A DNA stretch of 64,000 nucleotides from Meiothermus sp. (GTDB lineage: Bacteria > Deinococcota > Deinococci > Deinococcales > Thermaceae), in the NCBI GenBank assembly GCA_033762915.1, contig JANRLD010000115.1:96001-160000 (forward strand). The letters run 5' to 3'. Below, piece after piece: positions 21,588 through 31,577 of this stretch. Below the pieces are notes generated by a model. It saw only the letters and a program-made list of their open reading frames with translations, ran no database searches and was not told the origin of the DNA. Made by a program: the position numbers and the translations under genes. Positions within the stretch are counted from its first letter, which is position 1. Each line of letters starts with the position of its first letter.

Positions 21588-22267
21588 CGCGCCCCCTTTA
21601 GCGCATCGGCGAAGGTTCGGGTGACCAGCTCGATGCGGGTCAGGGCTGTCCCGACCGTGACCGCGTAAGCCCCCGCCTGCAGCGCGGCTGCGGCCTCCTG
21701 CGGCGTGCCAATCCGGCCCTCGGCAATAACCCGCACCCCCTGTTGGGCCAGACGGCGCACCATCTCTAAGTCAGGCCCGACCAACTTGGGCGAGTGGTCG
21801 GTATAGCCGGACATGGTAGAGCCGACAAAGTCCGCACCCAGACGGTGGGCCTCGAGGCCCTCCTGCACGGTCGAGCAATCGGCCATCACCAGGCAGCCTT
21901 GCGCGTGGATGGCCTCGATCATCCCCGCCACCGGGACGGGGCGCGGACGCTGGGTCGCGTCGAAGGCGATGATCTGCGCCCCCAGGCGGGCCAGGGCGGC
22001 AACATCGGAGAGTTCGGGGGTGATGTAGATCGGCGAGTCGGGGACCTCACGCTTGACCAGGCCAATGATGGGAACCTGGGTCAGCGGGCGGGTGGCCTCG
22101 AGGTCGGCCAAGCCCTCCAAGCGCAGTCCAACCGCCCCCCCGGCCAAGGTGGCCTGGGCCAGCGCCGCCACCAGGTGCGGCCTATCCAGCGGCCCGCCCC
22201 GCACCGGCTGGCACGAGGCGATAAGACCACCCTCGAGGGTCTGAAAAATCGTCTGGGGAGTGATCAT
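21584..22267 (-). CDS. nanE: N-acetylmannosamine-6-phosphate 2-epimerase
   Basis: LIASCQ, PIIGLVKR, YITP, GSTMSGYT, IAEGRI, VGTALTR. Confidence 0.92.
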   Translation of the reverse strand: MITPQTIFQTLEGGLIASCQPVRGGPLDRPHLVAALAQATLAGGAVGLRLEGLADLEATRPLTQVPIIGLVKREVPDSPIYITPELSDVAALARLGAQIIAFDATQRPRPVPVAGMIEAIHAQGCLVMADCSTVQEGLEAHRLGADFVGSTMSGYTDHSPKLVGPDLEMVRRLAQQGVRVIAEGRIGTPQEAAAALQAGAYAVTVGTALTRIELVTRTFADALKGAR

Positions 22268-22326
22268 AGGCAAAAGAGGAGGCACTCGAGGGTCACCCCC
22301 CGGCCACAGCGTTTCGGAACCCGTAT

Positions 22327-22376
22327 GGAGTACTACTCTGCGAGATAGGCTACCGGGTGAAGTAGTATTTTGTCAA
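22327..22376 (-). promoter_or_regulatory. sigma70 promoter of the nanE operon with two candidate RpiR operators
   Basis: TTGACA (22371-76)-N18-TAGCCT (22347-52); palindromes GAGTA-C-TACTC and GAAGTA-G-TATTTT. Confidence 0.6.
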
Positions 22377-23119
22377 TAGATTGTTCGCCTTAATACACAA
22401 TGCGGAAGGCGTAGGGAGAAAGCTGCGGGCGACCCAGCAAGCCAGCGCAAGTCCCCTTTTGCTCTTTCCACACGTTACTTCACCAAGATTTTCATGTTCG
22501 ACCACCGGCCAGGGTTTCCCCAAAAACCCGCTGCTTGATCTGCCTGGGGCGAGCGAGTTCCTTTGCGGGCATCCCCCTCTATGCCCTCAACACTGAAGTG
22601 AAATTTCACTCCGATAAAGCAGGCGTTTGGTAAGGTCTGCCGCGCACCAGAGGGTTACCGGACTCGAGCGCAGACAGGGCGAACGACCAACGAGGTCACC
22701 GAAATCCTGCCACAAGCGCGAATCCAAAAGATCGGTGCGGTCTGCCGCAGCGCCGCTAAGACAGCACCCGCACGCCTCACGGCGGTTCCCGCGACACTCG
22801 GTGCGGCGGTGCTTGCCGGGCCGGGTACACTACGGCGCTGCGCGCTTCACCTTCATGGTGCGAAGCGCGATCAGATCAGCTTAGGTCCCCCTTTTCGGCG
22901 CGCTGGGTGAACCAATTTGGGGGAAATTACCTTTTCATGTAGGGTGAAGCGGTCAGCAGCAAGCGCCGAGTGTACAGCGCAGCCGGAGGAAAGAGGACAG
23001 AGAACAGGGGAAGAAACCGCAGGGCTTTCGTTGCCGCCTTCTCTTCCTTCTCCCCCACTGCTCCAGAGGTTCCTATGCCTGCAAAACTTCCCCACACCCC
23101 ACCCGGTAACATAGACCCG

Positions 23120-24640
23120 ATGATGGAGAGCGTATTGGTGGCCGCCAGCCTGATGATGGTGGACGTTCCGGGGCCAACGCTGGACGCGGCGACGCGCGCG
23201 CATTTGGCCCAGTACAAGTTCGGCGGGGTGTGCTTGTTTCGCAAAAACATCCAGAACCCCGAGCAGACCCGCAGGCTGGTGGCGGAGTTGCGGGAGGTGC
23301 TGGGCGAGGACGTCTTGATCGCCATAGACCAGGAGGGCGGGGCGGTGCTGCGGGTGCTCGAGCTGGCCCTGGCCCCGGCCCCAATGGCCATCGGGGCGGT
23401 GAACGACCCCAAGGTGGCCGAGGCGGTGGGTGCGGCCGTCGGGAGGGGCCTGATCTCCCTAGGCATCAACTGGAACTTCGCGCCCTCGCTGGACGTGAAC
23501 ACCGACCCGCGCAACCCGGTGATCGGCGACCGCTCGTTTGGTTCGAGCCCACAGAAAGTGGCCCGGCTGGGTCTGGCCTGGGTCAAGGGGCTCGAGAGCG
23601 CGGGGGTGATGGCCTCGGTCAAGCACTTCCCCGGCCACGGCGATACCCACCTCGACTCCCACCACGACCTGCCGACCGTCAACAAGACCCTCGAGCAGCT
23701 CGAGGCCACCGAACTCTATCCCTTCCGCAAGGCGGTGGAGGCCAACGTCAGCTCGATCATGACCTCGCACATCCGCTTTCCCGCGCTGGACAAGCGCTAT
23801 CCAGCCACGCTGTCCAAAAACATCCTGACCGATTTGCTGCGCAAGCGGCTGGGCTACCAGGGCATCATCGTCACCGACGCGCTGGACATGAAGGCCATCA
23901 GCGAGAACTACGGGCTGGGCCAGGCCGCCGTGCTGAGCGTGAAGGCTGGGGCGGACATGATCCTCTCGCTGGGCAAGCCGGAGGTGCACGCCGCCCAGGC
24001 CAGGGCGCTGGCGGGGGCGATTCAGGACGGGGAGATCGGGAAGGCTCGAGTGGCCGCCAGCCAAGCCCGCCTGCGCTCGGCGGCGCGCAAATTCCCCGCC
24101 GTGGCCAGGCCCTATCGCCCCGCCCAGCTCCGCGCCGACCGCCAGCTGATGCAGCAAGTGGCCCTGGCCAGCATCACCCCCTACCGCGACCCCGTGCGCC
24201 CGCGCCGCAGCGACAAGGTCTTGATCGTCTCGGCGGGCTCGACCTACTCCGGCGGCCCCTACGGCGAGACCCTGGCGGTGGGCGACTTCGCCAAGCTGCT
24301 CGAGGCCAAGTTCCCCAACGTCACCCAGTTCGTCTATGACCCCAAGAGCGCGGGCGAGTTCGCGGACAAGCTCGAGGCCGCCGCCGCCAAGGCTGACTAC
24401 CTGCTGGTGGTCTCGGTGGGCCGGGGCGGGCTGGGCGCGGAGGAGGCCGGCCTGCTGCGCCACGCCTTCAGGCTGGGCAAGCGGGCCACCCACGTGGCCC
24501 TCTGGAACCCCTACCACATCCTCACCCTGCGCCAGCCCGCTCTGGTCACCTACGGGTTTAGGCAGCCGACCCTGCATGCGCTGGTCGGCGTGCTGGGCGG
24601 TCAGGCGGCTCGAGGGAAGCTGCCGTTCAAGCTGCGCTAG
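23120..24640 (+). CDS. nagZ: GH3 beta-N-acetylhexosaminidase
   Basis: IDQEGG, KHFPGHGDTHLDSH, TDALDM; TAACAT-N7-ATG. Confidence 0.9.
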   Translation: MMESVLVAASLMMVDVPGPTLDAATRAHLAQYKFGGVCLFRKNIQNPEQTRRLVAELREVLGEDVLIAIDQEGGAVLRVLELALAPAPMAIGAVNDPKVAEAVGAAVGRGLISLGINWNFAPSLDVNTDPRNPVIGDRSFGSSPQKVARLGLAWVKGLESAGVMASVKHFPGHGDTHLDSHHDLPTVNKTLEQLEATELYPFRKAVEANVSSIMTSHIRFPALDKRYPATLSKNILTDLLRKRLGYQGIIVTDALDMKAISENYGLGQAAVLSVKAGADMILSLGKPEVHAAQARALAGAIQDGEIGKARVAASQARLRSAARKFPAVARPYRPAQLRADRQLMQQVALASITPYRDPVRPRRSDKVLIVSAGSTYSGGPYGETLAVGDFAKLLEAKFPNVTQFVYDPKSAGEFADKLEAAAAKADYLLVVSVGRGGLGAEEAGLLRHAFRLGKRATHVALWNPYHILTLRQPALVTYGFRQPTLHALVGVLGGQAARGKLPFKLR

Positions 24641-24696
24641 TCGGTCAAGGTCGAGGGAGACCTTAGCTGGTCCGGGCGTCCTGCGCCCTGATCTCC

Positions 24697-25482
24697 TCAA
24701 CCCTCGAGCGTGTACACGAAGCCCGGCCCGCCGTTCCACAGGCAGTGGTCCACGTTGATGCAGAGGCCATCATTGTACTCCAGGGCCATCGTGACCAGCT
24801 GCGGGGGGTAGCCGATCAGGCCGTAGATGGGGGTGTGGCCGTGGATCAGCCTCGAGCCGCCCAGCACGTAGAGGGCCTCCTGGGTGGGGTCCTCGCCGCC
24901 GTTTAGGAAGGACATACGGGTCGAGAGGCGCTCGGAGAGCTTGTCCCAGGCCCGCAGGTCGTCGGAGCGAAGGATGCCCTCCACGGTGGCGTTGACCTCC
25001 TCGAGGCTCTCGCCGATGTCCAGGTAGGCCAGGGTGTCGGCGTGCATCAGCAGGTTGTCGCCTTCCAGCGCCAGGGCGGGACGGCGGCGCAGCCACTCAA
25101 CGTGGCGCTCGGTCAGGCGGGGGAGGTCGCCCTCGGTGCCCCCGACCTGCCGCCAGAGATACTCGAAGGTGACGCTCTTGCCCATGCGCTTAAAGCTGGG
25201 CACCAGCTGGGGGCCGAACAGCTTGGCTGCCAGCAGGAACACGTCGTGGTTACCCAAGAGCGCACCCAACTTACCGCCCGCCTGCGCGGCCTCGGCCTCG
25301 AGGCGCATCACCAGGTCCAACACCCCCACCCCGTCCGGCCCCCGGTCGGTGAAGTCGCCCAGGAACCACAGCGTACTGTCACCCGCGCTCCAGGCCCCGC
25401 CCTCGTCGATCAGACCCTCCCGCTTGAGCAGCGCGGTCAGGGGCTCGAGGCAGCCGTGGGTGTCTCCAATCACGTAAAGCAT
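24697..25482 (-). CDS. Metallophosphoesterase (PPP-like)
   Basis: GDTHG, GDFTDRG, GNHD, HGHT. Confidence 0.9.
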   Translation of the reverse strand: MLYVIGDTHGCLEPLTALLKREGLIDEGGAWSAGDSTLWFLGDFTDRGPDGVGVLDLVMRLEAEAAQAGGKLGALLGNHDVFLLAAKLFGPQLVPSFKRMGKSVTFEYLWRQVGGTEGDLPRLTERHVEWLRRRPALALEGDNLLMHADTLAYLDIGESLEEVNATVEGILRSDDLRAWDKLSERLSTRMSFLNGGEDPTQEALYVLGGSRLIHGHTPIYGLIGYPPQLVTMALEYNDGLCINVDHCLWNGGPGFVYTLEG

Positions 25483-25568
25483 AAGTCTAGGGGATTATAA
25501 GGGCATGCCGTGGTAAGGGCGGGTAAAAGCGGCGGGAGGGCAAGATCAACCCCCACCCCCAAGACTGA

Positions 25569-25736
25569 GAGCGGTTCCCACGCATACTCCCTACGGCGCT
25601 AAAGCGGGCGGTTTTTGCTGTAGAGCGGTTGCCACGAACTCTCGGTACGGCGGTTTTTGCCGTACTGAGCGCACTACTCCGCTTTAGCGCACGCTTTAGC
25701 GCTGCACCGTGAGCGGAGTATGGGTGGGAAACGCGA
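25569..25736 (+). repeat. Family A: short variant plus full copy (empty site for the 2052 MITE)
   Basis: Contains the uninterrupted ACTACTCCGCTTTAGCGCACGC. Confidence 0.9.
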
Positions 25737-25805
25737 TGAGCGGCCCTTGCTGCTGTAGGTCGCCCCCGGCTGCCCATCGCCATCTTTTGCCTTATCATCC
25801 CCACT

Positions 25806-26375
25806 GTGAAGCCTTCGCTCGCTCAGATATTCAGGGCGTTTCTGGGGATCGGTCTGGTGGCCTTCGGCGGCGGGGGGACGGCCCAGGTCTATCATGCCAT
25901 CGTGCTGCGGCAGGGCTGGCTGGATGAGCGGGAGTTTCTCGAGACCGCCGCCCTCTGCCGCATCCTGCCCGGCCCGGTCTTCGCCAACCTGGCCGCCCAC
26001 ATCGGCGCGCGGCTGGGGGGCTGGGGGGGCGGCGCGGCGGCACTGCTGGGCGTGCTCTCCCCGGGGGCCTTGCTGATCCTGGCCCTGACCTGGGCCTACT
26101 TCCGCTTCGGGGCCATGCCCGGCTCCGCCGCCAACCAGGTGCTAACCGGGGTCACCGCCGCTGCCATCGGGCTGATCCTGGCCTCCATGCTGCGGATGGC
26201 TCCCGCCGCCCTGGACTCGCTGAAGGCCGCCGCCCTGGCCCTGGTGGTCTTCGTCACCTACGGCCTGCTGCACTGGCCGCTGCTGCTGGTTCTGCTGGCG
26301 ACGGTACCGGCGGGGGTGGCGCTGTATTGGCGGGAGGCGGGAGGCGAGAAGCAGGAGGCCGAAGGCGATCCATGA
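25806..26375 (+). CDS. chrA: Short-chain chromate transporter, subunit 1
   Basis: IGLVAFGGG, LPGP; TATCAT-N7-GTG. Confidence 0.85.
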   Translation: MKPSLAQIFRAFLGIGLVAFGGGGTAQVYHAIVLRQGWLDEREFLETAALCRILPGPVFANLAAHIGARLGGWGGGAAALLGVLSPGALLILALTWAYFRFGAMPGSAANQVLTGVTAAAIGLILASMLRMAPAALDSLKAAALALVVFVTYGLLHWPLLLVLLATVPAGVALYWREAGGEKQEAEGDP

Positions 26376-26890
26376 CCGAACTTTTCGACGTCTTCCTGAC
26401 CTTTCTCCGCATCGGCGTGCTCAGCTTCGGGGGCGGGATGGCCAACCTGCCGGAGATGAGCCGGATTCTGATCGAAAACGGCTGGGTGAGCCGGCAGGAG
26501 TTCGCCGACGGCTTTGCACTGGGGCAGTTCGTACCGGGGCCGAACATGCTGGCGGTGCTGTTCTACGGCTTCGCCGCGACGGGCTTCGGGGGAGCGCTGG
26601 CGGCAGCGCTGGGGATGTTCCTGCCGGGAGCGCTGGGGGCGATCCTGCTGGTGCGGGGCTGGGAGATCATGGCCAGGGCTCGGTGGAGCCGGGCGCTGCG
26701 CAAGGCGCTGGTGCCGGTGGGGTTCGGGCTGTCGGGGAGCATGGTGGTGGTGCTGGTGCAGCTCAGCCTCGAGGCCTGGCTGTGGTTCGCCGTAGCCGCT
26801 GTGGCTACCGGGCTAATCTACCGTGGGGCCAGCGTCATCGCCGTAATCGCGGGCGGGGCGATGGTCGGTCTATTGGTAAGTTTGGCTTAG
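26372..26890 (+). CDS. chrA: Short-chain chromate transporter, subunit 2
   Basis: IGVLSFGGG, GQFVPGPN; ATGA overlap with subunit 1. Confidence 0.85.
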   Translation: MTELFDVFLTFLRIGVLSFGGGMANLPEMSRILIENGWVSRQEFADGFALGQFVPGPNMLAVLFYGFAATGFGGALAAALGMFLPGALGAILLVRGWEIMARARWSRALRKALVPVGFGLSGSMVVVLVQLSLEAWLWFAVAAVATGLIYRGASVIAVIAGGAMVGLLVSLA

Positions 26891-26916
26891 GTCGGTCGAA
26901 AAGTTGAAAAGGTAAA

Positions 26917-27030
26917 TCGCGTTTCCCACCCATGCTCCACTCACAGTGCGGCGCCAAAGCAGGCGCTAAAGCGGAGCAGTGCGCTCAGTACAGCAAAAAC
27001 TGCCATACCGAGTGTTCGTGGGAACCGCTC
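26917..27030 (-). repeat. Repeat family A copy at the end of the GNAT operon
   Basis: Reverse complement of the family A consensus. Confidence 0.88.
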
Positions 27031-27039
27031 TTATCCTCA

Positions 27040-27843
27040 TTACTTCGACCACTCGAGGCCTATGGTCCGCTCGGTCGGCTCGAAGCCGACGGACTGGTAC
27101 AAGTCTTTGGCAAAGTAGTTCTGGTCGGCCAGGATCACCAAATCCTTCGCGCCTAACTCCTCGAAGCCATAGCGGGCGACGTGGTACAAGAGGGTGCCCG
27201 CCATCCCTTGACGGCGAAAGTCCGGGTGGGTGTCGACCGACTGAAAACGTCCCAGCCCGTCCCGCACGAACAGCCCCATCGAGGCCGCCAGTCTGCCGTC
27301 CACAAACGCCCCGAACCAGTCGCCCCAGCCTGCCGCGATCATCCGGCCGTACTCAGCGATGCGCCTCTCAAGAAACGTCGCGTAGCCCTCGCCCTCGCGC
27401 TCGTCTTCGGGCAGGACGGAGTTCTGGTACATGGCCAGCTCGAGCCACTGTGCCCAGTCCTCGTCCGAGTTGAAGGGGCGACAGACGCAGGCAGTGTTGA
27501 GGGTGCGGGGTGGTTTCACCACTTTAGCAGTCTGCACCACGGTCTCGTCCAGCCAGAAGCCCGCGTCCACGAACTCCTGGGCCGCGCCTCGCTCGCCAGT
27601 TTGGGTGTCCCAGCCAAAGACCAGGTGGTTCAGCTCGCCCAACTCCTGCTTGAAGAGGGCTTTCCAGCGTTCCAGGTCGCCGGGCTCGGGCGGCCTGTAG
27701 AAGCTCAGGTAGTTGCCCCAGCGATAGCCGGGGTTCTGCGGTGTGCGGATCACGGCGTACTCGGGCTTGTACTCCACCGAGCCCTCGAAGCTGCGGAGCA
27801 TCAGCTCGGTGCGGATGCCCAGGGATTTGATCGGGCTGCTCAC
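27040..27843 (-). CDS. GNAT N-acetyltransferase (array gene 11)
   Basis: Motif A VDTHPDFRRQGMAG; LYQSVGF. Confidence 0.85.
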   Translation of the reverse strand: MSSPIKSLGIRTELMLRSFEGSVEYKPEYAVIRTPQNPGYRWGNYLSFYRPPEPGDLERWKALFKQELGELNHLVFGWDTQTGERGAAQEFVDAGFWLDETVVQTAKVVKPPRTLNTACVCRPFNSDEDWAQWLELAMYQNSVLPEDEREGEGYATFLERRIAEYGRMIAAGWGDWFGAFVDGRLAASMGLFVRDGLGRFQSVDTHPDFRRQGMAGTLLYHVARYGFEELGAKDLVILADQNYFAKDLYQSVGFEPTERTIGLEWSK

Positions 27844-28796
27844 GGGATGTCCTTGGCGAGGTCTATTAGGGCGGGCTGCTTGACGAAGCCCAGACGCTCG
27901 TTGATCGAGAGTATGGCCGTGTTGTTCGACTCGTTCACGGTGCGAATCCGCTCGATGCCGTGAGCCCTAGCATACTCGAGGCCCTGCAGCTTGAGCGCCA
28001 GCGCCAGCCCCTTGCGGCGGTGTGCCCGCCTGACCCCAGTGACGCCGTTGGACAGCTCGGGCAGTGGCTGCTTCGACCACAGCTCGCTCATGCCCGCGAA
28101 CTCGCCGTCCGGCGCGAGGGCGAAAAACACCGCCCCCGGCAGATAGTCTTTGCTCGCGAAAACCTGCTCGGTGTAGCGCTCGAAGCTGGGCCAGGTCTCC
28201 TCCTCGGACAGCGGCACATCGCGAATGAGTTCGCCCTCGAGCCGCCACATCTCCCGCCGTGCCGCCTCGGTGTCGCCCAGCTCGGCCATGCTGACGATGC
28301 GGTAGCCTTGGGCCTGGAGTTTTTGTTGGCAGCTGGCATAGGGCGCGAAGACGAAGTGTTGCACCTCGAGCACGCACTCCCAGCTCCGCAGCGTCTCGAC
28401 AAAACCGCGCTTCCGGGCAAAATGAGTTGCGGCGGGCCTGTCCTCGCGGACGGTGGAGATTAGGCGGTTGGGCTTGTGTGGCGCGGCCTTCTCGAGCAAC
28501 AGGTCGTAGAGCCTTCCGCCGATCCCCCGGTTCTGAAAATCGGGATGTACTTGGAGGTACACCACAAACTTCTGCGGGTGGTACATCCACTCGCTGTGGT
28601 TGATGGTCCCGTAAGCGACGACGCGCCCGTCCAGCTCGACCACGTGCTGCTCGAACACCAAATCGGCTCTGCGCTTGGCCTCGGCCTCGAGTTGGCGCTC
28701 GAGCGTCGTGGGCGAGTCGGGCCAATTGAGGTTATTGATCTCGAGGGTAGGAGGATGGTCGGCGGGGGTGAAGGGCCGGAAGTGGAGGGGCATCAC
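27840..28796 (-). CDS. Tandem (two-domain) GNAT (array gene 10)
   Basis: VHPDFQNRGIGG and TGVRRAHRRKGLALALK...INERLGF. Confidence 0.88.
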   Translation of the reverse strand: MMPLHFRPFTPADHPPTLEINNLNWPDSPTTLERQLEAEAKRRADLVFEQHVVELDGRVVAYGTINHSEWMYHPQKFVVYLQVHPDFQNRGIGGRLYDLLLEKAAPHKPNRLISTVREDRPAATHFARKRGFVETLRSWECVLEVQHFVFAPYASCQQKLQAQGYRIVSMAELGDTEAARREMWRLEGELIRDVPLSEEETWPSFERYTEQVFASKDYLPGAVFFALAPDGEFAGMSELWSKQPLPELSNGVTGVRRAHRRKGLALALKLQGLEYARAHGIERIRTVNESNNTAILSINERLGFVKQPALIDLAKDIP

Positions 28797-29755
28797 TCCC
28801 CCCTCAGCAGCTTGCGCAACGAGATCTGGGCCGGGCCGCGCGCGAAGCCCAGCTTTTCGTTGATGGCCAGCATGGGGGCATTAAGCGAGTCGTTGTCGGT
28901 GCGGATGGTCTCGAAGCCGCCCGCCTGGGCGTACTGCACCGTGCGGAGCTTGAGGGCCAGGGCGATCTTGCGCCCACGGTAGGCGCGGCGGGTGCCGGTG
29001 AACCAGTGGTCGAGGCCTTTGGTATCGGTGATGCTGTAGAGGCAGCTCATCCCCACCCAGCGCTCCCCGTCCAGCGCGATGAAGAATGCCCCCGGATCGA
29101 ACTCGGGGCCTTCGGCCAACACATTGGCCCGGAAGAACTCGAGGCTGATCGGTGTGGCGGGCTCGGAGCGCGGGGTATCTACACGGATGTCGGAGAAGAG
29201 TTCGTGCAGCTTTTCGTCGGCCTTGGGATCGGCGGCGCTCAGCTCGGCAAAGGTATGGATGCGGATGGGCGAGATGTCGAGGCCCGCGAAGGGCTCGAGG
29301 TTGATCTTGGCGACCTCGAGGACGCTCACCCAGTCGCGCTTGGTCTCCTCGTAGCCCCGATCTTGAAAGAACCGCACCGCCCTGGTCTGGTTCTCGCGCA
29401 CCGGAACCCGCAGCGAGAGCGGGTTTAGGGGTCGAAGCTCGTCGAGCAGCTTTTGATACAGCGCCTTGCCGATGCCCTGCCCGTGCCGGTCGGGGTGTAC
29501 GAACAGCTCAAACCCGAACTTTTGCGGGTGGTAGGCGCCAGGGTTGGTACCGAAGTCCAAAAAGCCGAGGGGTCGGCCTTCGGCCTCGGCCACAAAGCGG
29601 GTGCGGCGGAAGCGGGGCTCGAGGGTGGCCTCGAGTTTGTAGTTTTCCATCGTGCGCGGCCAGTCGGGGTTGAGCAAATTCCACAACTCGACCATCACGG
29701 CGTAGTCGGCGTCGGCAAACGGGCGGATCAGATGGTCTTGCTGAAGTCCAGCCAT
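28793..29755 (-). CDS. Tandem GNAT (array gene 9)
   Basis: VHPDRHGQGIG and TGTRRAYRGRKIALALK...INEKLGF. Confidence 0.88.
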   Translation of the reverse strand: MAGLQQDHLIRPFADADYAVMVELWNLLNPDWPRTMENYKLEATLEPRFRRTRFVAEAEGRPLGFLDFGTNPGAYHPQKFGFELFVHPDRHGQGIGKALYQKLLDELRPLNPLSLRVPVRENQTRAVRFFQDRGYEETKRDWVSVLEVAKINLEPFAGLDISPIRIHTFAELSAADPKADEKLHELFSDIRVDTPRSEPATPISLEFFRANVLAEGPEFDPGAFFIALDGERWVGMSCLYSITDTKGLDHWFTGTRRAYRGRKIALALKLRTVQYAQAGGFETIRTDNDSLNAPMLAINEKLGFARGPAQISLRKLLRGE

Positions 29756-30618
29756 TGGTTGATCTCCTTGAATCCGGCGGATTGATAGAACTCGAGGGTG
29801 TCCGGCTCGCAGGCGACATACGCTGTCTTGGCGCCCAACGCTTTTAGACGGCGGAAGCCCTCGGTTAGCACTGCTCGGCCCAGACCCCGGCGCTCGAAGC
29901 CTGGGCGGGTGCCCACCGGCTCGAACTCCCCGTTCTGGTTAACGGGGTCGTACCAGACGATGCAGTACGAGGCGAAGCGACCCTCGGGAGTCACGGTCAC
30001 CAGGTCGAGATCGGGGCGGTACAGAGGAGCCGAGGAGCGGATGTTGAGGTAGCTTTCCAGAGTGAACCTAGAGGGGTGCCAGACCTCGAGGTGGATGCCC
30101 ACCCGTTCGTCAATTTCGTGCGGCTCGGGGTGGCGCACCACGAAACCTTCAGGTAGCCTGGGCGGGAGGATTTCGTCGTCCAGGGGGCGCTCGAGGAAAT
30201 ACATCATGAAGTCGTCTTGGGCGTACCCCAGGGATTGCACGACCCCGATGGTCTCGAGGTTGCTGCGGGCGACGCTGGTAATCAACCTGGCCTGGGGGTC
30301 GAGGTTTTGGGCATGGGCCTCGGCATGGGCAACCATCTGTCGGAGCAATTCAGAGCGCAGCTCGAGGGGCAACCAGGGGGCCACGTAGGGGTCGAACTTC
30401 GCCCGCTTCTGCAACACGAAGCCCGCCACCACGCCGTCTTGCTCCCAGATATGCATCTCCTTCTCGGGCTTGTAGTGGATGTGCTGGAGGACGCCCCAAA
30501 CCACATCGCCGGGGCACATGAACTCGCTGGGCGTGACCGCGTGTTGCCAACATTTGCCCGCGAAGGTGGTCAGCGCCTCGAGGTCGCCCGGGAGGTAAGG
30601 TCTCGAGGTGAGCATCAT
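29728..30618 (-). CDS. GNAT N-acetyltransferase (array gene 8)
   Basis: EPVGTRPGFERRGLGRA; FYQSAGF. Confidence 0.85.
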   Translation of the reverse strand: MMLTSRPYLPGDLEALTTFAGKCWQHAVTPSEFMCPGDVVWGVLQHIHYKPEKEMHIWEQDGVVAGFVLQKRAKFDPYVAPWLPLELRSELLRQMVAHAEAHAQNLDPQARLITSVARSNLETIGVVQSLGYAQDDFMMYFLERPLDDEILPPRLPEGFVVRHPEPHEIDERVGIHLEVWHPSRFTLESYLNIRSSAPLYRPDLDLVTVTPEGRFASYCIVWYDPVNQNGEFEPVGTRPGFERRGLGRAVLTEGFRRLKALGAKTAYVACEPDTLEFYQSAGFKEINQWLDFSKTI

Positions 30619-31577
30619 TCCCCTTTCAGTACCTTAGCCAAATCAATCCAGGCGGGCAGCTTTTCAAAACCCAAGGCTTCGTTGATGCCCAGCATCGAGC
30701 GGTTGGTCTGGGCGTTCTCGGTGCGAACCGCCGTCTTACCCAGTTCCTTGGCGCGGCTGAGGGCTGCCACCTTGAGGGCCAGCGCCACACCCCTGTGCCG
30801 GTGTTCGCGCCGCACGGTGGTGAAGCCGGTGCCCAGGTCGTTGTCGGCACGCCGATTAAACAGCATCGAAACCCCCGCGTATTCGCCGTTCTTGACCGCC
30901 AAAAACCACAGCGCGGGGTCGAAGTCGGGGCTACCGCGGACGTTTTCCCAGTAGCGTTCTTGGGTGGGGAAGGTGAAGGACTCACCGGGCGGCAGGGGCA
31001 CGTCGTGGCTGCCCGCGTGGTCGAGCTCGTACATCTTGCGCTCGTAGTCGGGGTCGGACTCGAGGTCTTTCAGGGTCTTAATCTCGTAGCCCGAGTCCAG
31101 CACCTTCTGCACATCCTTGGCCCAGTACACGGGGTCGAACTTAACCATCTCGAGCCGGGACTCCCAGGCCCTAAACTCCTCGTGAAATCCCCGCTTCTCG
31201 GCAAATCTCAGCGCCTCGGGTTTGTCGGCGCGGGTCGAGGCCACCAGCTTGACGGGATCGTAGGGCTCGAGCTCGGTCATCATCCGCTCGTACAAGGCGG
31301 TGCCAATGCCCTGACCCTGGTGCGCGGGGTCGACCGTCAGCCCCACAGAGAACTTCTGCGGGTGGTACATCCACTCCATGTGGAAAAACCCGCCGATTCC
31401 CAGCACCATCCCGGCTTGCTCGGCTACCAGGCGGCGCAGGATCAGTCCCGGCTTGACCCGCCGGTCGGCGGCCTCGAGGGTCTCCGGCAGCACCAGGTTG
31501 TCGGGCCAGTTGGCGTTGCGGACCCGGGCCAGTGCCGGGTAGTCGGTGGGCGTGAAGGGGCGGATTACAAGATTCAT
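30615..31577 (-). CDS. Tandem GNAT (array gene 7)
   Basis: VDPAHQGQGIG and TTVRREHRHRGVALALK...INEALGF. Confidence 0.88.
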   Translation of the reverse strand: MNLVIRPFTPTDYPALARVRNANWPDNLVLPETLEAADRRVKPGLILRRLVAEQAGMVLGIGGFFHMEWMYHPQKFSVGLTVDPAHQGQGIGTALYERMMTELEPYDPVKLVASTRADKPEALRFAEKRGFHEEFRAWESRLEMVKFDPVYWAKDVQKVLDSGYEIKTLKDLESDPDYERKMYELDHAGSHDVPLPPGESFTFPTQERYWENVRGSPDFDPALWFLAVKNGEYAGVSMLFNRRADNDLGTGFTTVRREHRHRGVALALKVAALSRAKELGKTAVRTENAQTNRSMLGINEALGFEKLPAWIDLAKVLKGE

